Shown here: piece after piece, positions 31,797 to 43,399 of the stretch
Position numbering within the stretch: position 1 is the stretch's first letter
Layout of the letters: every line of letters starts with the position of its first letter
Assembly (NCBI GenBank): GCA_048772705.1
Contig: JBLWGC010000169.1
Span: forward strand, 62,001-126,000
DNA from: Leidyana gryllorum EB-2025a
Taxonomy: Eukaryota > Protista > Apicomplexa
DNA length: 64,000 nt
Direction: 5' to 3'
The notes under the pieces: generated by a model
What the model saw: the letters and a program-made list of their open reading frames with translations, nothing else
Database searches by the model: none
Told to the model about the DNA's origin: nothing
Position numbers and translations under genes: made by a program

Positions 31797-32483
31797 ATGA
31801 TGGAGCAGCATCAGCCGCAGGTGAAGGATGAAGTTGGTGCTACAACGATTCGGAAGGAGGTGGCGGAGTTGACGGTGGAGCGTGAGAGGATGGAGAAGCG
31901 CGCGGCAGAGTTGGCAGCGTATCTAACTGGGCCGGGTATGCCCGGTTTGAAGGGTGGTTTGGACGACGCTGAGGGTTATCCGCGGGCTGACATTGACATT
32001 CACGGCATAGTGACGGCTCGTCACGAGTTGGCGTGTCTGAACACAGACTATAGCGAGCTGATGAAGAAGTTGGAGGCTGCGTTACATGCACTACATTCAC
32101 AGTCAAAGGTCTATGTGAAGCCGACGGCCACAACAACAACATCTACACGAAACACACAGGAACAGACGGCTACACCTTTTGGTCGTGTGAGTATGGTGGC
32201 TTGTGGAAAGTCTCCCGGCTTCCTGGCTGGGCTCGAGGAGGGGGACCTTCTGGTTAAGCTTGGGCACATAACGTCAGCGCTCGGCTCGCTCGAGGATATT
32301 TTCCGGAACCTTCCAGTCATGGTGCAATCCCATCGGGGGAAGCCATTGGAGTGCCACTATGTTCGTGACGGTCAAGTGAAAGAGACAGTCTTGACTCCCA
32401 CTAACGAATGGGGAGGAAATGGGTTACTGGGGTTCCGCTTAGAACCATATATATTGTCACAACAAGACAAGACTTCAAGTTGA
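31797..32483 (+). CDS. PSMD9: 26S proteasome assembly chaperone p27 (PSMD9/Nas2)
   Basis: LDDAEGYPRADID…ARHELACLNTD N-domain plus a PDZ domain (SPG..AGL..GD…WGGNGLLG). Confidence 0.93.
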   Translation: MMEQHQPQVKDEVGATTIRKEVAELTVERERMEKRAAELAAYLTGPGMPGLKGGLDDAEGYPRADIDIHGIVTARHELACLNTDYSELMKKLEAALHALHSQSKVYVKPTATTTTSTRNTQEQTATPFGRVSMVACGKSPGFLAGLEEGDLLVKLGHITSALGSLEDIFRNLPVMVQSHRGKPLECHYVRDGQVKETVLTPTNEWGGNGLLGFRLEPYILSQQDKTSS

Positions 32484-32798
32484 AGTCCACACCGCCGGCG
32501 CGGGCGGAAGCGCCGGATCGGCCGAAGCCATGAAACAGTGACAGGGCTGTGCAGTCGCTACCGGCACCTCTTGCACTCGCAAGTTGGGCGCCAACACTAC
32601 TGGAAACAGGACTGGTCCCTCGTTCTCACCCCCAGTTTGGGACACATTCACAACACGCCCGCCGTACGGATGACTACGCAGCGACGAAGTAGCCGACGGT
32701 CCCTTTGCGGGTCTCCGTATAATTGTTGCCGGCCGCCAGCTGCAAGTCGTTGACAGTACCTTTAGTACTTCACCAGACTCCAGGTCTTGGACCCTCAT
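32475..32798 (-). CDS. Hypothetical 107-aa protein
   Basis: ATG-initiated ORF exactly fills the gap between PSMD9 (9-bp stop overlap) and the divergent EGF gene. Confidence 0.4.
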   Translation of the reverse strand: MRVQDLESGEVLKVLSTTCSWRPATIIRRPAKGPSATSSLRSHPYGGRVVNVSQTGGENEGPVLFPVVLAPNLRVQEVPVATAQPCHCFMASADPALPPAPAVWTST

Positions 32799-32867
32799 GG
32801 TGACGCCTCTCAAAAAGGGAATTTTTTGGACCCCAAGTGCGATGTGCGTCGTTAACAGACATCCCAC

Positions 32868-34612
32868 ATGATCTCCCTCCTCCTACTAATAACCTCAGCC
32901 CTCGCATCAGACCTCCTCAGCTGCTCCTCACCCACAGAACGCGCACAGTGCGAGTCAATATGTACCAAACTACACGCTGTACTAGCCGAAGACGATTTTG
33001 GATACCCTGTCTGTCTATGTAAAGCAGGCTACGCACCCAATGCACACTCTGGTGCCTGCATAGGTAGGTACTATGCCGCCCCAAACACAACAAACTCAAC
33101 ACCCACAGACGTAGACGAATGCGCAACCGGCTTAGATGACTGCCCTCCCGATATATCTGAATGCGTCAATACACAAGGCGCCTACCGCTGCGTCTGCCGC
33201 CACGACTTGGGCTGGACAACATCTCCGGACGATCTAACGCAGTGTGAAAGTAAGTTCAAATCTCTTCACCACCCATCATGTCATCCCTCGCTGCAGATCT
33301 CAACGAGTGTACCTACTTCAACGAGCCCTGTGGCCCCGACGGCTGCTGCAAAGACTTACCACCGCCGTCGCTCCTCGAGCCCACCTCCAAAGGATTCATC
33401 TGTGCTCACCACACCGTCCGCGAGGATGCAGAGGGCCGCCGGGAATACGTCTGCCCGCCGGGCTATGTCTTCCCCAACGCCCAAACTGTCAGTAAACAGA
33501 AACCTCGCAGAGGCACCGCCGACCAAACAGCCGTCAAATACCCTCTCGTATCTGGCCTCGCCAAACTCGCCTCTCCAGAGTCCATCCTCCAAATTCTCGC
33601 TCACACCAAAGCCGAATGGAAGGAGGACATACAACCCATCTTAGAGTCTTCTATAGCCCCTGCACTCGCCACCGTCTTAGCAATCCGTAGTTCGGCACCA
33701 CCACCAGCTCCGCGGGCTCGACCTGTCAAAGAACAGCAACAGCAGGCGGCTTCAGACATAGACGGACAAGCTGTAGCCTCACCCACCAAACCACCCCGCA
33801 CCAAGGCACCACCCAAGGCCGCAGTAGCCAAAGATCCAAAGGAACCGAAAGTATCACCCAAGGAGGTCAAGGCCAAGGAAAAGGAACTCGCGCGTCAGAA
33901 ATCTCGCCAAGCCCTCGCAGACGCACTCATAGGTCAAGGTATCTATGATTTCAATCTGGATGAGATTGAAGCAGCCCTCATTGAGGATAAATTCCCCACT
34001 CCAGCGGCCAAGAAAGCCAACGCCAAGAAATCCGTGCAGACCAAACAACAGCAACGGAACTCGGCCTCTGACGACAAGCGAGCAACGGACTTGGCAGACG
34101 ATGGAGCAGGCTTAGACGATCTCGATGAGGAGGGCATTGACATCACAGCCGAACGCATTCGCCGACAGCCACGCAATATGCGCGCTCCAAAGGACGCCGA
34201 AGCGCGAGAGTCACGCAAGGAGGCCGTCGTCAAGGAAGGCAAGGAACCGCGATCGTCGTCTGTCAAAGCACGCAAAGCCGCGTCGGGCAACGGGGCAGGA
34301 GTCCATTTGGACAATCAGCACACTATTCTTGATGTGTCAGAGGACATGTCAGAGCAAGATCTCTTGGCTGTCCTACAAGAACTGAACAAGTCCTCCGGAA
34401 AGGGCAATTCCGGATCTCGCCGGGAGGCCAGACAAGAGAAAGAAGCACGTGAACCGCGTGAGAAGCCCGCCAAACGTCAGCCGCCAATCAATACTCCAAT
34501 GTTACCATGGGCGCCTTCTGATGACGTGGGCGGTGAATTCTTGATCCGTCCACAACATTCCGTCGACTTTTTGTTTGATGCCAGTGATAATGATGTGAAA
34601 TACCCTGTGTAG
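32868..34612 (+). CDS. Secreted EGF/cbEGF-domain protein with basic low-complexity tail (microneme-like)
   Basis: Signal peptide, CLCKAGY, DVDEC…CVNTQGAYRCVC and DLNEC. Introns at 33064-33108 and ~33250-33296. Confidence 0.85.
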
Positions 34613-34624
34613 CACACGTGTGCG

Positions 34625-34936
34625 ATGAACCTAAACACTTGCCTCCTATGCTATTGGCTGCTTATCGCAGCCGGTATGCACGCAGACCCATGTCATGAGC
34701 CCTTAGACGCTCCAAAAGGCCAAGAACGTGAGGGTCTGGACAACAAAGACCTGTCACGTACCACCACGGATCCTGAGGCTGCACACCCAAAGCCAAAGCG
34801 GCCACAGCCCCCCGTTACAGATGTTCGAATAGTGCCTCCGGAGCAGCTCTCCTCAGACCATACGGCACGTGCACAAGACGGAGAGCCGGTCAGTGAGGGC
34901 TTTGTGCGCGACATATTTCACCCAAAGAGCGCGTGA
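34625..34936 (+). CDS. Small secreted hypothetical protein (103 aa)
   Basis: N-terminal signal-peptide-like MNLNTCLLCYWLLIAAG. Confidence 0.55.
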   Translation: MNLNTCLLCYWLLIAAGMHADPCHEPLDAPKGQEREGLDNKDLSRTTTDPEAAHPKPKRPQPPVTDVRIVPPEQLSSDHTARAQDGEPVSEGFVRDIFHPKSA

Positions 34937-35120
34937 AGATGTGTTGTACCGGTTACTACCTAGCACAGTTCAACAGATAGACAGTGGCGTTGACTTGGAG
35001 AGTTAAGTGATGAGTGGACGAAAATGCTAGATCTTTTAAGGCGAAGGCGGGGCAGGTTTCAGGTATGAGAAATTGGGTTGGATTCGGAACGATGGGACGT
35101 TGTCTGTATTCTCCAGCAGG

Positions 35121-35975
35121 ATGTCATCGCCGGCGGGCACCACCTGCTCGGTCGAAGGTCCAGATTCACGGGTGGCATCAGCCCCATCGACTCCAAGGAA
35201 GGCTATAATTCGGAATGAAAGTCGAGCTTCCCCAATAGGGCGAGCTCAGCGACGTGTATCGATAATGAGTGGCGAGGAGCCTTCACCGCGGGGAGCGGGG
35301 AAACCCGATCAGCTCTTTTCTTTATATGCTGACAGCACTCGATCGGCGTCACATACACGGGGTGCCTCTCACCATCGGGCTTTACGGCGAAAGGTGTCAG
35401 TGACGCCGATGAGTCGACAGCGCAATGGGCCGATGCAGTCGACATTATCATCTCCTCGGGGAGGAAGTCCGCCATCTCGGCCTCCTCCTGCCGCAGTATT
35501 TGGGCCGTACGGGATGACTCGAATGAAGAAACCGGCGGTAGCAATGCCGCCACCACTAACAATGGAGGACAAATTCAGGCTAGCGATGCATCAGAAGAAT
35601 GCGTTTGGAGTACGTCTGGCACGGCGGCAGGGTATGGTGGCTCAAATCCTGGCGAAGGCTGAAGAAGACGCCACTGGAATTCTGCGGTCGTGTCGGTTGC
35701 GGTGGCCGACTGAGAATCTGTGCACCCCGAAGCGGCTGACCGGAGCAAGACGAGGCGGAGACGATTTCAAGTCCGAGTACAATCAGAAGAATCTCGAAGT
35801 CCTACGTATTGCGCCTGAGCTAAAACGGTGGGGATTAGATCTCTTGGAGTCAAATTGCGTGCTTGACCATGACGATGACGAAGAGTCCGTTTTTGAGGAG
35901 CCAGCAGCTGCTGCCGCTGTGTGGCTTCAATGTCTCCGCTGTTGTGGCTGCGCTGGTGGCGGCCGGTTTACCTAA
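35121..35975 (+). CDS. Hypothetical basic protein with Cys-rich C-terminus
   Basis: Long open frame; ends WLQCLRCCGC. Confidence 0.6.
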   Translation: MSSPAGTTCSVEGPDSRVASAPSTPRKAIIRNESRASPIGRAQRRVSIMSGEEPSPRGAGKPDQLFSLYADSTRSASHTRGASHHRALRRKVSVTPMSRQRNGPMQSTLSSPRGGSPPSRPPPAAVFGPYGMTRMKKPAVAMPPPLTMEDKFRLAMHQKNAFGVRLARRQGMVAQILAKAEEDATGILRSCRLRWPTENLCTPKRLTGARRGGDDFKSEYNQKNLEVLRIAPELKRWGLDLLESNCVLDHDDDEESVFEEPAAAAAVWLQCLRCCGCAGGGRFT

Positions 35976-35998
35976 TGATATCTATCTACGTACAGTCA

Positions 35999-37069
35999 TT
36001 AGCCACTATACTGGAGCTGATATATTTCTCTCAGCGCGGCGAGGAAGCGCACCCAATCCAATCGGGCAGTCTTGTCTGTCGATTTTACCCGCTCTCGAAG
36101 TTTCTCGAAGTGTTGAAGCGCTGGGGCACAACGTTCCGCTGATATATTGAATGACATAGAGACAGGTAGAGCTGCCAGCCACGGGCGCGCGCCACCCACC
36201 AGGGCGCCGGCCATTTATGCGCAGAGAACACAGGCGTTTTCGCTCGCACACACACACACACACACAGTGGGGGGCGCCAGTTTGATTGTGAGGATTTACG
36301 CGGCGACTTACGGGTAATTCCGGTGGAGTTGGGATCTTTACGGCACGTGATGGTGATGGCTCTGTCTTCATCATCGGGGGAGACATTTGTGAGAATGACT
36401 TCGATTTCTTGGGCTGAAGAAGGGAGTTGAGTGAGCAGCACTTGATGTGGCGAGATCGTGATTGTTTACCGTCTTTATTGTAGAGTTCTACTCCAAAGAG
36501 GCGTTTATACAGCTCGATTTGCCGGGCTTGCGCGGTCTTGGTGATCTGGATGCGATCATTCACACCGTCAATCTTGCTGATTACAGCTCGATTTTCCGTT
36601 TGCACTCTCTTGAGCGACTCTAGCAGAATTCTGTTCTTGCCTTCTTGAGTATTGATTTGGGCTAAGTGACCCTGGGTGCGTGGTGGTGGTTTGTTTCTGT
36701 GTGTGTGTGTGGCGACTTGAACGCACCTTATGGATATCTGTGGTCTCTTGGAGGGCGATTGCGAGGTCATTGAGGGCTGTCGGGGGATTTATGAGGAGAG
36801 CCGAGTGCGTAATATGTCAGTTTCACCTTTGGTGGCAGTTCTTTTCTTAGCGAGCTGGATGTTGAGCTCAGTTTGATTCTGTGCGTCTTTGTCTGTTGAT
36901 TTGATAGGTTTGCAGGTAGTGTGGGCGGCCGAGTCTGACCTGATATAGCCTCCATGAGCTTGGCGAGTTGGCTGGTGGTGTGTGAGAGTGGATCTGATGT
37001 GCCGACCACTCGCACGACTCCAGCGACCCGTGTCTGTATGTCGAGTCTCATAGCGTTGTAGTCTTGCAT
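35999..37069 (-). CDS. SPC25: Kinetochore protein Spc25 (NDC80 complex), multi-exon
   Basis: Coiled coil followed by YKRLFGVEL…EIEVILTNVSPDDEDR and a last exon C.PAL…LDWVRFLAALR, matching the Spc25 RWD pattern. Confidence 0.7.
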
Positions 37070-37088
37070 GGTGAATATAGGGGTGTTT

Positions 37089-37737
37089 TCAGCTGACAGG
37101 GGGAGCCAAAATAGTATCTATCTCTTCGTCAAATGAACTGATGCGGACAGGCATGTCTACGTCCGCGAAAGGGTTTTTGAGTACGTGGCTGGCGTACGCT
37201 GCGTAGACTGCGTGGAGTATGTTCTGGCAGGCGGCGTTGGACATGCTGAGGGCCGCGACGGCGAAGACCCGAACTCCTGAAGTGGTGAGGTGTGGGGTGA
37301 GGGGGGGGCTTGGGTTGATGAGTGGGTGAGGGGAGTGAGGGATTGTTGTTCAATCTATCTACAGTTACCTGTGAGGCTTTCGAAAGAGACGACTTTCATT
37401 TTGTCGGCCTCAATGATAACGATGCCTCGGCCTTCGAGCATTTGGCCAATGAGATCGGCTTTGTTGAGTGCCTTTGGCATTTTGGAGTCTGTTGTTGAGG
37501 TGTAATAGCCGGTTAGGGCTGTTTGGCGCTCGCCTGGAGTTTTGAAGGGGCAGAGTTCAGTTGCGATGCCGGACATTCCGTGTAGAGTGGAAGCGACTAT
37601 GATGGCCTCATTGGCAGATAGGGGTGAGTCAGATTCTGTAAAGTCCTTAGGAATAGTGTCTGATTGGATGTTTGAGTGGTTACTCTGTGGTATACGAGTG
37701 AGCCATGCTTGTTGTTGATGAAGATGGCGTGGATCAT
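37089..37737 (-). CDS. TRAPPC4: TRAPP complex subunit Trs23/TRAPPC4 (synbindin); 3 exons
   Basis: Spliced: MIHAIFINNKHGSLVY…NEAIIVASTLHGMSGIA…FESLTG|VRVF…YAAYASHVLKNPF..DMPVR..FDE. Confidence 0.88.
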
Positions 37738-37778
37738 GCAGTCTTAAAGCAATAAAAAAAGCATTTTGGAGATAGAGT

Positions 37779-38735
37779 ATGGTGAACCTTGACCTCCCCT
37801 TAGACGCAATCAGTCGAGGCGGCGCCAGGGGCGGACGACGAAGAGTTCAAGCACCTCCTCAGCAGAGTCGGAATAATAATTCGATGCGAGGCGGGGGCAG
37901 TGGAGCTCCTGCTGCCGCTGTTCGGCCGGACCCCCTTTCGTGCTCGTTGGACGAGTTGATATCGCAGAGGACTTCTTCAACCAAAAACAACAGAAGAAAT
38001 GCTGCCACCACCACCACCGCGACCGCACGTCGGCCGGCTAATGCTAAACGGCGCGGGGGACGCGCTGCTGCCGTTGCAGTCGTCGAGGTTGACCCCCGCA
38101 AGGTGTCCATGAAGAGAAGAGGCAAGAAATCAGCCATCGCTGCTGCTGCTGCTCCAGCAATCGGCGGCTCTCAACGACTCGCTGATAACCTCAGGAGAAA
38201 ACGAAGCTTCAACAACAATAATAGTAATATCGCCGGCGGCAGACTCCGCAAACAGCAATCCAAGACTGCCTCGTCGGTCGTCACCAATCGAGCCACCATC
38301 GGCAAGATTACCACTCAGAGACCCAGACGCCCTATCATTCGACCCAAAATTAGCATTGCTCAAGAGGCCCGTAACCTGACCATTGGACGCAGAGGAGGCA
38401 GAAATCCAATTCAAGCCCTACGCCTTAACAACCAACAGCTACTACCCTCCTCAAACCGGGGGAACGTCGGACCTCTCAGCAACGCCTACCAGAAACAGAG
38501 CCGCAAAACATCTGCTCCAACCGTTGTACGGAGATCCGTCGCTGCTGTTGCCACCAGTGCTCCCGCCTTCGCACCACCCGAGTTCACCGATCGCGACCGA
38601 GCCCTACTCACCAAGATCAAGGTTATGGCGCAACTCGACAGGATCAATACTGCAGGAGCCATCAAACAGCCCCCAGTGCGCTTGAATAGACCCGAAAGAG
38701 TGTCCACACTCTCCGGACGCTTCTCCTCCGCCTAA
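37779..38735 (+). CDS. Arg-rich mRNA export adaptor-like protein (ALYREF/UIF/CHTOP-like UAP56-binding motifs)
   Basis: Two UBM-like motifs (LDLPLDAI, LSCSLDELI), RGG tracts and a C-terminal TLSGRF. Confidence 0.6.
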   Translation: MVNLDLPLDAISRGGARGGRRRVQAPPQQSRNNNSMRGGGSGAPAAAVRPDPLSCSLDELISQRTSSTKNNRRNAATTTTATARRPANAKRRGGRAAAVAVVEVDPRKVSMKRRGKKSAIAAAAAPAIGGSQRLADNLRRKRSFNNNNSNIAGGRLRKQQSKTASSVVTNRATIGKITTQRPRRPIIRPKISIAQEARNLTIGRRGGRNPIQALRLNNQQLLPSSNRGNVGPLSNAYQKQSRKTSAPTVVRRSVAAVATSAPAFAPPEFTDRDRALLTKIKVMAQLDRINTAGAIKQPPVRLNRPERVSTLSGRFSSA

Positions 38736-39201
38736 CTATGACTGATAATACACAATGTAATAGTAGTAGTAGTCATAGTACAAGCTGACTGACTTGCTGA
38801 CCCGGTAACAACATTAACGGTAGCTCCCCATACATACATAATCAGTCTAATCTATACATTCCGCTGTGGCTGCTCAGCCACCACCACCTCCGCTCTGGCT
38901 ACCTGTATGTGTGCCACGGCCAACAGCCCCCAGGCTTCAACGTTCCAGCACGCATAGGGCCGCGACTACTCTTACCGTGTCTTCGTGTGCCATCGGGCAA
39001 GACACTATCGCCCCCGTAACATACCCACAAGAAATCGCAAATGCCACAAGGAACAGTCAGTCCATTGCACCTACCGTGTCATATATCAGTGCTTGTTGTT
39101 GTATTTGTCCGCCGTCGTGATTCAAAGCGTCACAGGCATGTGATTGTCCGCTAACTGCCTATATGAAGACTTCATATCAAATTGAAAGCCCACTTCTGAC
39201 A

Positions 39202-39221
39202 TACCACACACGTGTGTGGTA
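39202..39221. promoter_or_regulatory. Perfect 20-bp palindrome TACCACACACGTGTGTGGTA, ~40 bp upstream of ORF 39260
   Basis: Extended instance of the recurrent non-coding CACACGTGTG motif. Confidence 0.45.
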
Positions 39222-39259
39222 CCAGAATCCTGTGCCTCCCCGGCTTCTGATATGCTTCT

Positions 39260-41236
39260 ATGAGCTGCCGACCCTTGCACACCACGGAGACGCCCTCCGA
39301 TGTGAGGCCGGTCTGCAATAGACGATACACGTTTGTCCTGAATCCACCATTCGTCACCCAAGTACTGGATTTCATCCCTGCCTCCGAGTTAGGGTGGCTA
39401 TCACGTGTGTCCACCGCTCTACGTTCTTACATCACTGATCAATATGTTCCTGAGATTGTCGATCTGGACCGCATTCTGGAAAACGCTGCTTTTGCTGGTC
39501 CACACCACAAATGGCATGAGAAGTGGCTCAGGCGGATACTGCCGAAAGTCAAATATCTAACCACGACTCATCACGAACCGAGCTCCCGGATCACTTACGC
39601 ACATCTGAAGGAACTATGCAATTGGGTGTCTAAGAACGCCAGACGGGATCTTGACGACCACAGTACTCTGGGTTCTCGAGCGTTCAAACTAGACGAAGTT
39701 GCAGAGGTATTGCCGAACATGCCGGCCCTTCGCTTGTACCACGGTGCAAGTTCAGTGGCTAAAAGGAGTGTACTCGGCAATGCCACCGAGCCACGGAAAC
39801 TCTACGACTTGGGGTTCATCATCGGCCCGCATCGGCGTTGTGGCTCCGACATATATCTGTCACCCGCCGACTTGGTGCAAGTCCTACCAGATGGTTTCTC
39901 GGACTTTGATTGGCTGAGTGAAGCGTATAGTGATCTGTGCGTTCCTCGGGCTGTGCAGCCCGATCGCTTATCTGATTGGTCCTCGCTCGTGGACAAACTT
40001 CGAGTATCCTTTGCTTCCGAACGGGTGGAGGAGATGGAACTGGGACTGAGGCAAGCTCAGCGGATTCCGTGGCGCGAGTATTGGACCCAATCGATGATAG
40101 AATGTCTGCAGCCGATAATAACGGCCCTCTGGGCCATCCACGAAGCGAAGATTCCGGAGTCATACCGGTCGGTCTACGAAAAGTTAAAGGGCTCATGGCC
40201 GTGCATCACTCCCTCGTATAACTCTTTGCCTCGCTCTCTGATCGATTGTGGCCGCCATGGCACAGTGACTAATCGGAAATGTATCTCAGGGGCCAAGACA
40301 CCAATGCAAGCGTCGGAGATCTTACGGATGGTGGCCTCTGAACCGGACACGCATTGGCACATAGAGTTGACGTACGCTCAGTGGCAACGCCGATTCCAGG
40401 AGTTCTGTGCAGCTGAGGCGATATGCGACGACTTTCCGGCATTCTTTCTCAATTGGCGGCAGAGCTGCATTCGCTGGCCCTCTAATTGTACCACAGTTTG
40501 CCTTCTTCGGGATGGAGAAATCCAACGATACGACATTCTCCTCTGCCTGCACGCTACTACGGGGCTGATGAACCTTTCACGCTACAAGCACTCCATGGAA
40601 GGGAGTTTGATTGATGTTCTGTGTCGCATGGGGATTGATTGGGTGGTTATGGACCAGTATCCAACGCGTTGCGGTCTGTGGAGCTCTCTATCACGCCTCA
40701 TCCAGCACGTTGGGGGCAGAGGACACACTATACGGGTTGCTATACCCTACTTACTGGGCTATAACCCGATGTTGATGCAGTGGATGTGGGACGCGGCGAG
40801 TGGACACCCTTTGAAACGCTCACTGGAGGAGCTCCATGAAGCTGATTTTGGCCCCTCTGTTGAATTGACTGAGCGTCAGCTCGCTCACCTCATCAATTTT
40901 TATGAGCGATATCAGACCATTGTGCCGATAGATCTGCGGAGAAGACAGAACCAAATACGAACCAGCTACGGTGGACCAATCCCTGGCCCATTGCCGTGGC
41001 CAAATAACGGGTTCCCGAGTCTAGGCTGTCCCCACACGATTTCTCCATCCAAACTGTGTTACTCCATCTCGACTGACAAGCTGAGGTTGAACGGTTGGAT
41101 GGTGTCAGCCATCCCGCTTTACCGACCATACGGTCCGAATCACGCTTACTGGAAGGAGTTGGAACCGCCCAGAGAGACACAAAGGGAAGTAGCGAAGCCG
41201 TGGGACCCCAAGTTGGTGGTGATATCGACTGAATGA
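39260..41236 (+). CDS. 658-aa intronless protein with possible N-terminal F-box
   Basis: PPFVTQVLDFIPASELGWLSRVSTALR is F-box-like; the rest is unrecognised. Confidence 0.65.
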   Translation: MSCRPLHTTETPSDVRPVCNRRYTFVLNPPFVTQVLDFIPASELGWLSRVSTALRSYITDQYVPEIVDLDRILENAAFAGPHHKWHEKWLRRILPKVKYLTTTHHEPSSRITYAHLKELCNWVSKNARRDLDDHSTLGSRAFKLDEVAEVLPNMPALRLYHGASSVAKRSVLGNATEPRKLYDLGFIIGPHRRCGSDIYLSPADLVQVLPDGFSDFDWLSEAYSDLCVPRAVQPDRLSDWSSLVDKLRVSFASERVEEMELGLRQAQRIPWREYWTQSMIECLQPIITALWAIHEAKIPESYRSVYEKLKGSWPCITPSYNSLPRSLIDCGRHGTVTNRKCISGAKTPMQASEILRMVASEPDTHWHIELTYAQWQRRFQEFCAAEAICDDFPAFFLNWRQSCIRWPSNCTTVCLLRDGEIQRYDILLCLHATTGLMNLSRYKHSMEGSLIDVLCRMGIDWVVMDQYPTRCGLWSSLSRLIQHVGGRGHTIRVAIPYLLGYNPMLMQWMWDAASGHPLKRSLEELHEADFGPSVELTERQLAHLINFYERYQTIVPIDLRRRQNQIRTSYGGPIPGPLPWPNNGFPSLGCPHTISPSKLCYSISTDKLRLNGWMVSAIPLYRPYGPNHAYWKELEPPRETQREVAKPWDPKLVVISTE

Positions 41237-41689
41237 TTTGTTCATCACGAATTTGCAGGTGAAAGACACTACCTTTGTCTTACCTCGAGACCCACGGAGT
41301 GGTCGTCGGGGCGGGCAGTTTGACGACATCCAATTGATACTCGAGAATGGGTCGGTTGCTTCGGCTTGCGTTATGCTTCTTTTGTATGTGCTCTGTTGCG
41401 GTCGACAAGATCGATTGATCTACCAATCATCTATCAAGCTTCAATCAACGGATCAACTACTGCGGGTTTTGTCACTTTATCTGAACATTTATATTGCCTA
41501 TAGGTTGTTGCACAAGAGATTTGCAGCTTTCAATTTTCGTTCCGAAAGCTTCCTCTCTCACTCTTCACGCTTTTGATCGCTTTCTCTCTTGATCTCTCAT
41601 TTGTGAAACATGACTGCTTCGACGGAGCGTTGGACGGTCTGTGGGGGAGAAGGAGGAAAAACCGGCGGCCATTCTTTGATGGCGTTGCG

Positions 41690-43342
41690 TCAAACGACAG
41701 CTGTAATTTCATCAGCTGATGTGTGATCTGCGGTGTCTGCACAGTGTCGCTCTGGGGGTGCGAGTATGTGTGTACATACTGCGCCCAGAGCGGAAAGTAT
41801 GGCAACCGCCAGCAGGGTGAGCCGCACGCCAATTTTGGACAGGGCCACCGGCATGAGTAGTATTGAAAGGACAGCAGTGATACGGCTATTCATAGCAGAA
41901 ACACCTGAGGCCATGCCTTTGATGCGGGCCGGGAATATCTCGGCTGGGTACACCAGTGCAAGAGGAGCCCCAGCGCCGTTCAATATCTCGAATACTAGGA
42001 AAGCAGCGACCATTCCGGAAGCACAGAGAGCGGAGCCAGACGGTTTGAGGGCAGCGAGCGCAAGGAAAGCAAGTGCGACACCCCATTGACTGAGCAAGAG
42101 GAGCGGTTTGCGGCCAAGTGAGTCTACGAGAGCAACGCCGAGGAACACACCCAGGGCAGCAGCGCCTCCAAGCCAAGTATTGAAGAGGAAAGGGTCGAGC
42201 GACAGTTGCAGAGAGGAGATGATGGCTACAGCGAAGGCGGAGACGGCGTAGGTTGGGATGATGAGGGATGACCAGAACACTGATACGAATGTGATGGCCC
42301 GTGATGTACTCATTGTTTGGTCTTCACTGCCTATTTCCATCACGGAGGTGCAAGAGTTGTCACTATTTGCTGGAAGTCCAGCGATATTGGAGTTGACGTT
42401 GACTGCCAGGGCTGATGATCTCTCATTGTTGATACAAATCGGTGGGGCTGAGTGTACTCGGGGAGGGAAGCTACTGGAGGGTTCTTCTTCGTCTTCGTCT
42501 TGGTGATCTCCAGCTCGTCGTTGATGACCGAGGAGATAGGAGGAGGTTGGCGGTTGTGGTTGGAGAGCCTGGGAGGTGGCCATGGTTTGTGCTTGTGCTG
42601 AGTGTGTGCGTTTGGCTCGGATCCAGCTTTGAGTTTCTGGAGCACGGAAGTAGAACCAGACAATGCCGGCAACGACCGGGATGCAGCAGCACGAGAGTGT
42701 AACTCGCCACTGCACATCTTCGTTGGTGATCAGTTTTCGGAAGAGAGCGCCAGCTCCAATGGAAAGGAAGTTTCCAATGAAGAAATGTGCTTCGACGATG
42801 GCCAGAAGCCTTCCACACAGAGCTTCGGGGAGGGTTTCACTTAAATATGCGGTGGTGCCGCTGTAATGAGCTCCGACGCTCCACCCCAGGATAAATCGGG
42901 AGAGGCAGAGGTGTATAATGGAAGTGGCTGTGGCCTGTGAGGAGGCTGAAAGGGCGAAGACAAGCCACGCGACCATCATACAGCCTCGCCGCCCCGAGAG
43001 ATCTGCGAGTAGGCCACCCATGGGCGAGCCCAGAACGTTGCCCGCGAGTGCTGCGGCTCCAAGTAGGCCTCGCCAGAGTTGTGTGAGCCGAAAGTGGGAG
43101 GTGACAGGTTCCATGGCGGGTGAAATTGCACCCATGCTGAATCCAACACAGACATGGCAAATACAGAAGAGAGTGAAGATCTCGAATTCTCGTTTGACGC
43201 GTGGGTTGTGCGGTTTCTTTCTGGGCAATCCTTTGATTGGGAGGACAGGCGGTGAAGTGTAGGTTGTAGCGACGTCAGAGTTGTCCCGGTTGGGGACAGT
43301 GGTGGAGTCGGTGGGGCCCCCACAGGCACTGCTGGTCTCCAT
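41690..43342 (-). CDS. MFS sugar/metabolite transporter (YaaU-like)
   Basis: About 12 TM segments; GLLADLSGRR, YLSE, PET, VDSLGRK and YPAEIFP. Confidence 0.9.
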   Translation of the reverse strand: METSSACGGPTDSTTVPNRDNSDVATTYTSPPVLPIKGLPRKKPHNPRVKREFEIFTLFCICHVCVGFSMGAISPAMEPVTSHFRLTQLWRGLLGAAALAGNVLGSPMGGLLADLSGRRGCMMVAWLVFALSASSQATATSIIHLCLSRFILGWSVGAHYSGTTAYLSETLPEALCGRLLAIVEAHFFIGNFLSIGAGALFRKLITNEDVQWRVTLSCCCIPVVAGIVWFYFRAPETQSWIRAKRTHSAQAQTMATSQALQPQPPTSSYLLGHQRRAGDHQDEDEEEPSSSFPPRVHSAPPICINNERSSALAVNVNSNIAGLPANSDNSCTSVMEIGSEDQTMSTSRAITFVSVFWSSLIIPTYAVSAFAVAIISSLQLSLDPFLFNTWLGGAAALGVFLGVALVDSLGRKPLLLLSQWGVALAFLALAALKPSGSALCASGMVAAFLVFEILNGAGAPLALVYPAEIFPARIKGMASGVSAMNSRITAVLSILLMPVALSKIGVRLTLLAVAILSALGAVCTHILAPPERHCADTADHTSADEITAVV

Positions 43343-43399
43343 CTGGTCCTCTAACAGAGTCGGTTCCTTTGTGTGAGTTAGAAAACCTCACAACGTTGC

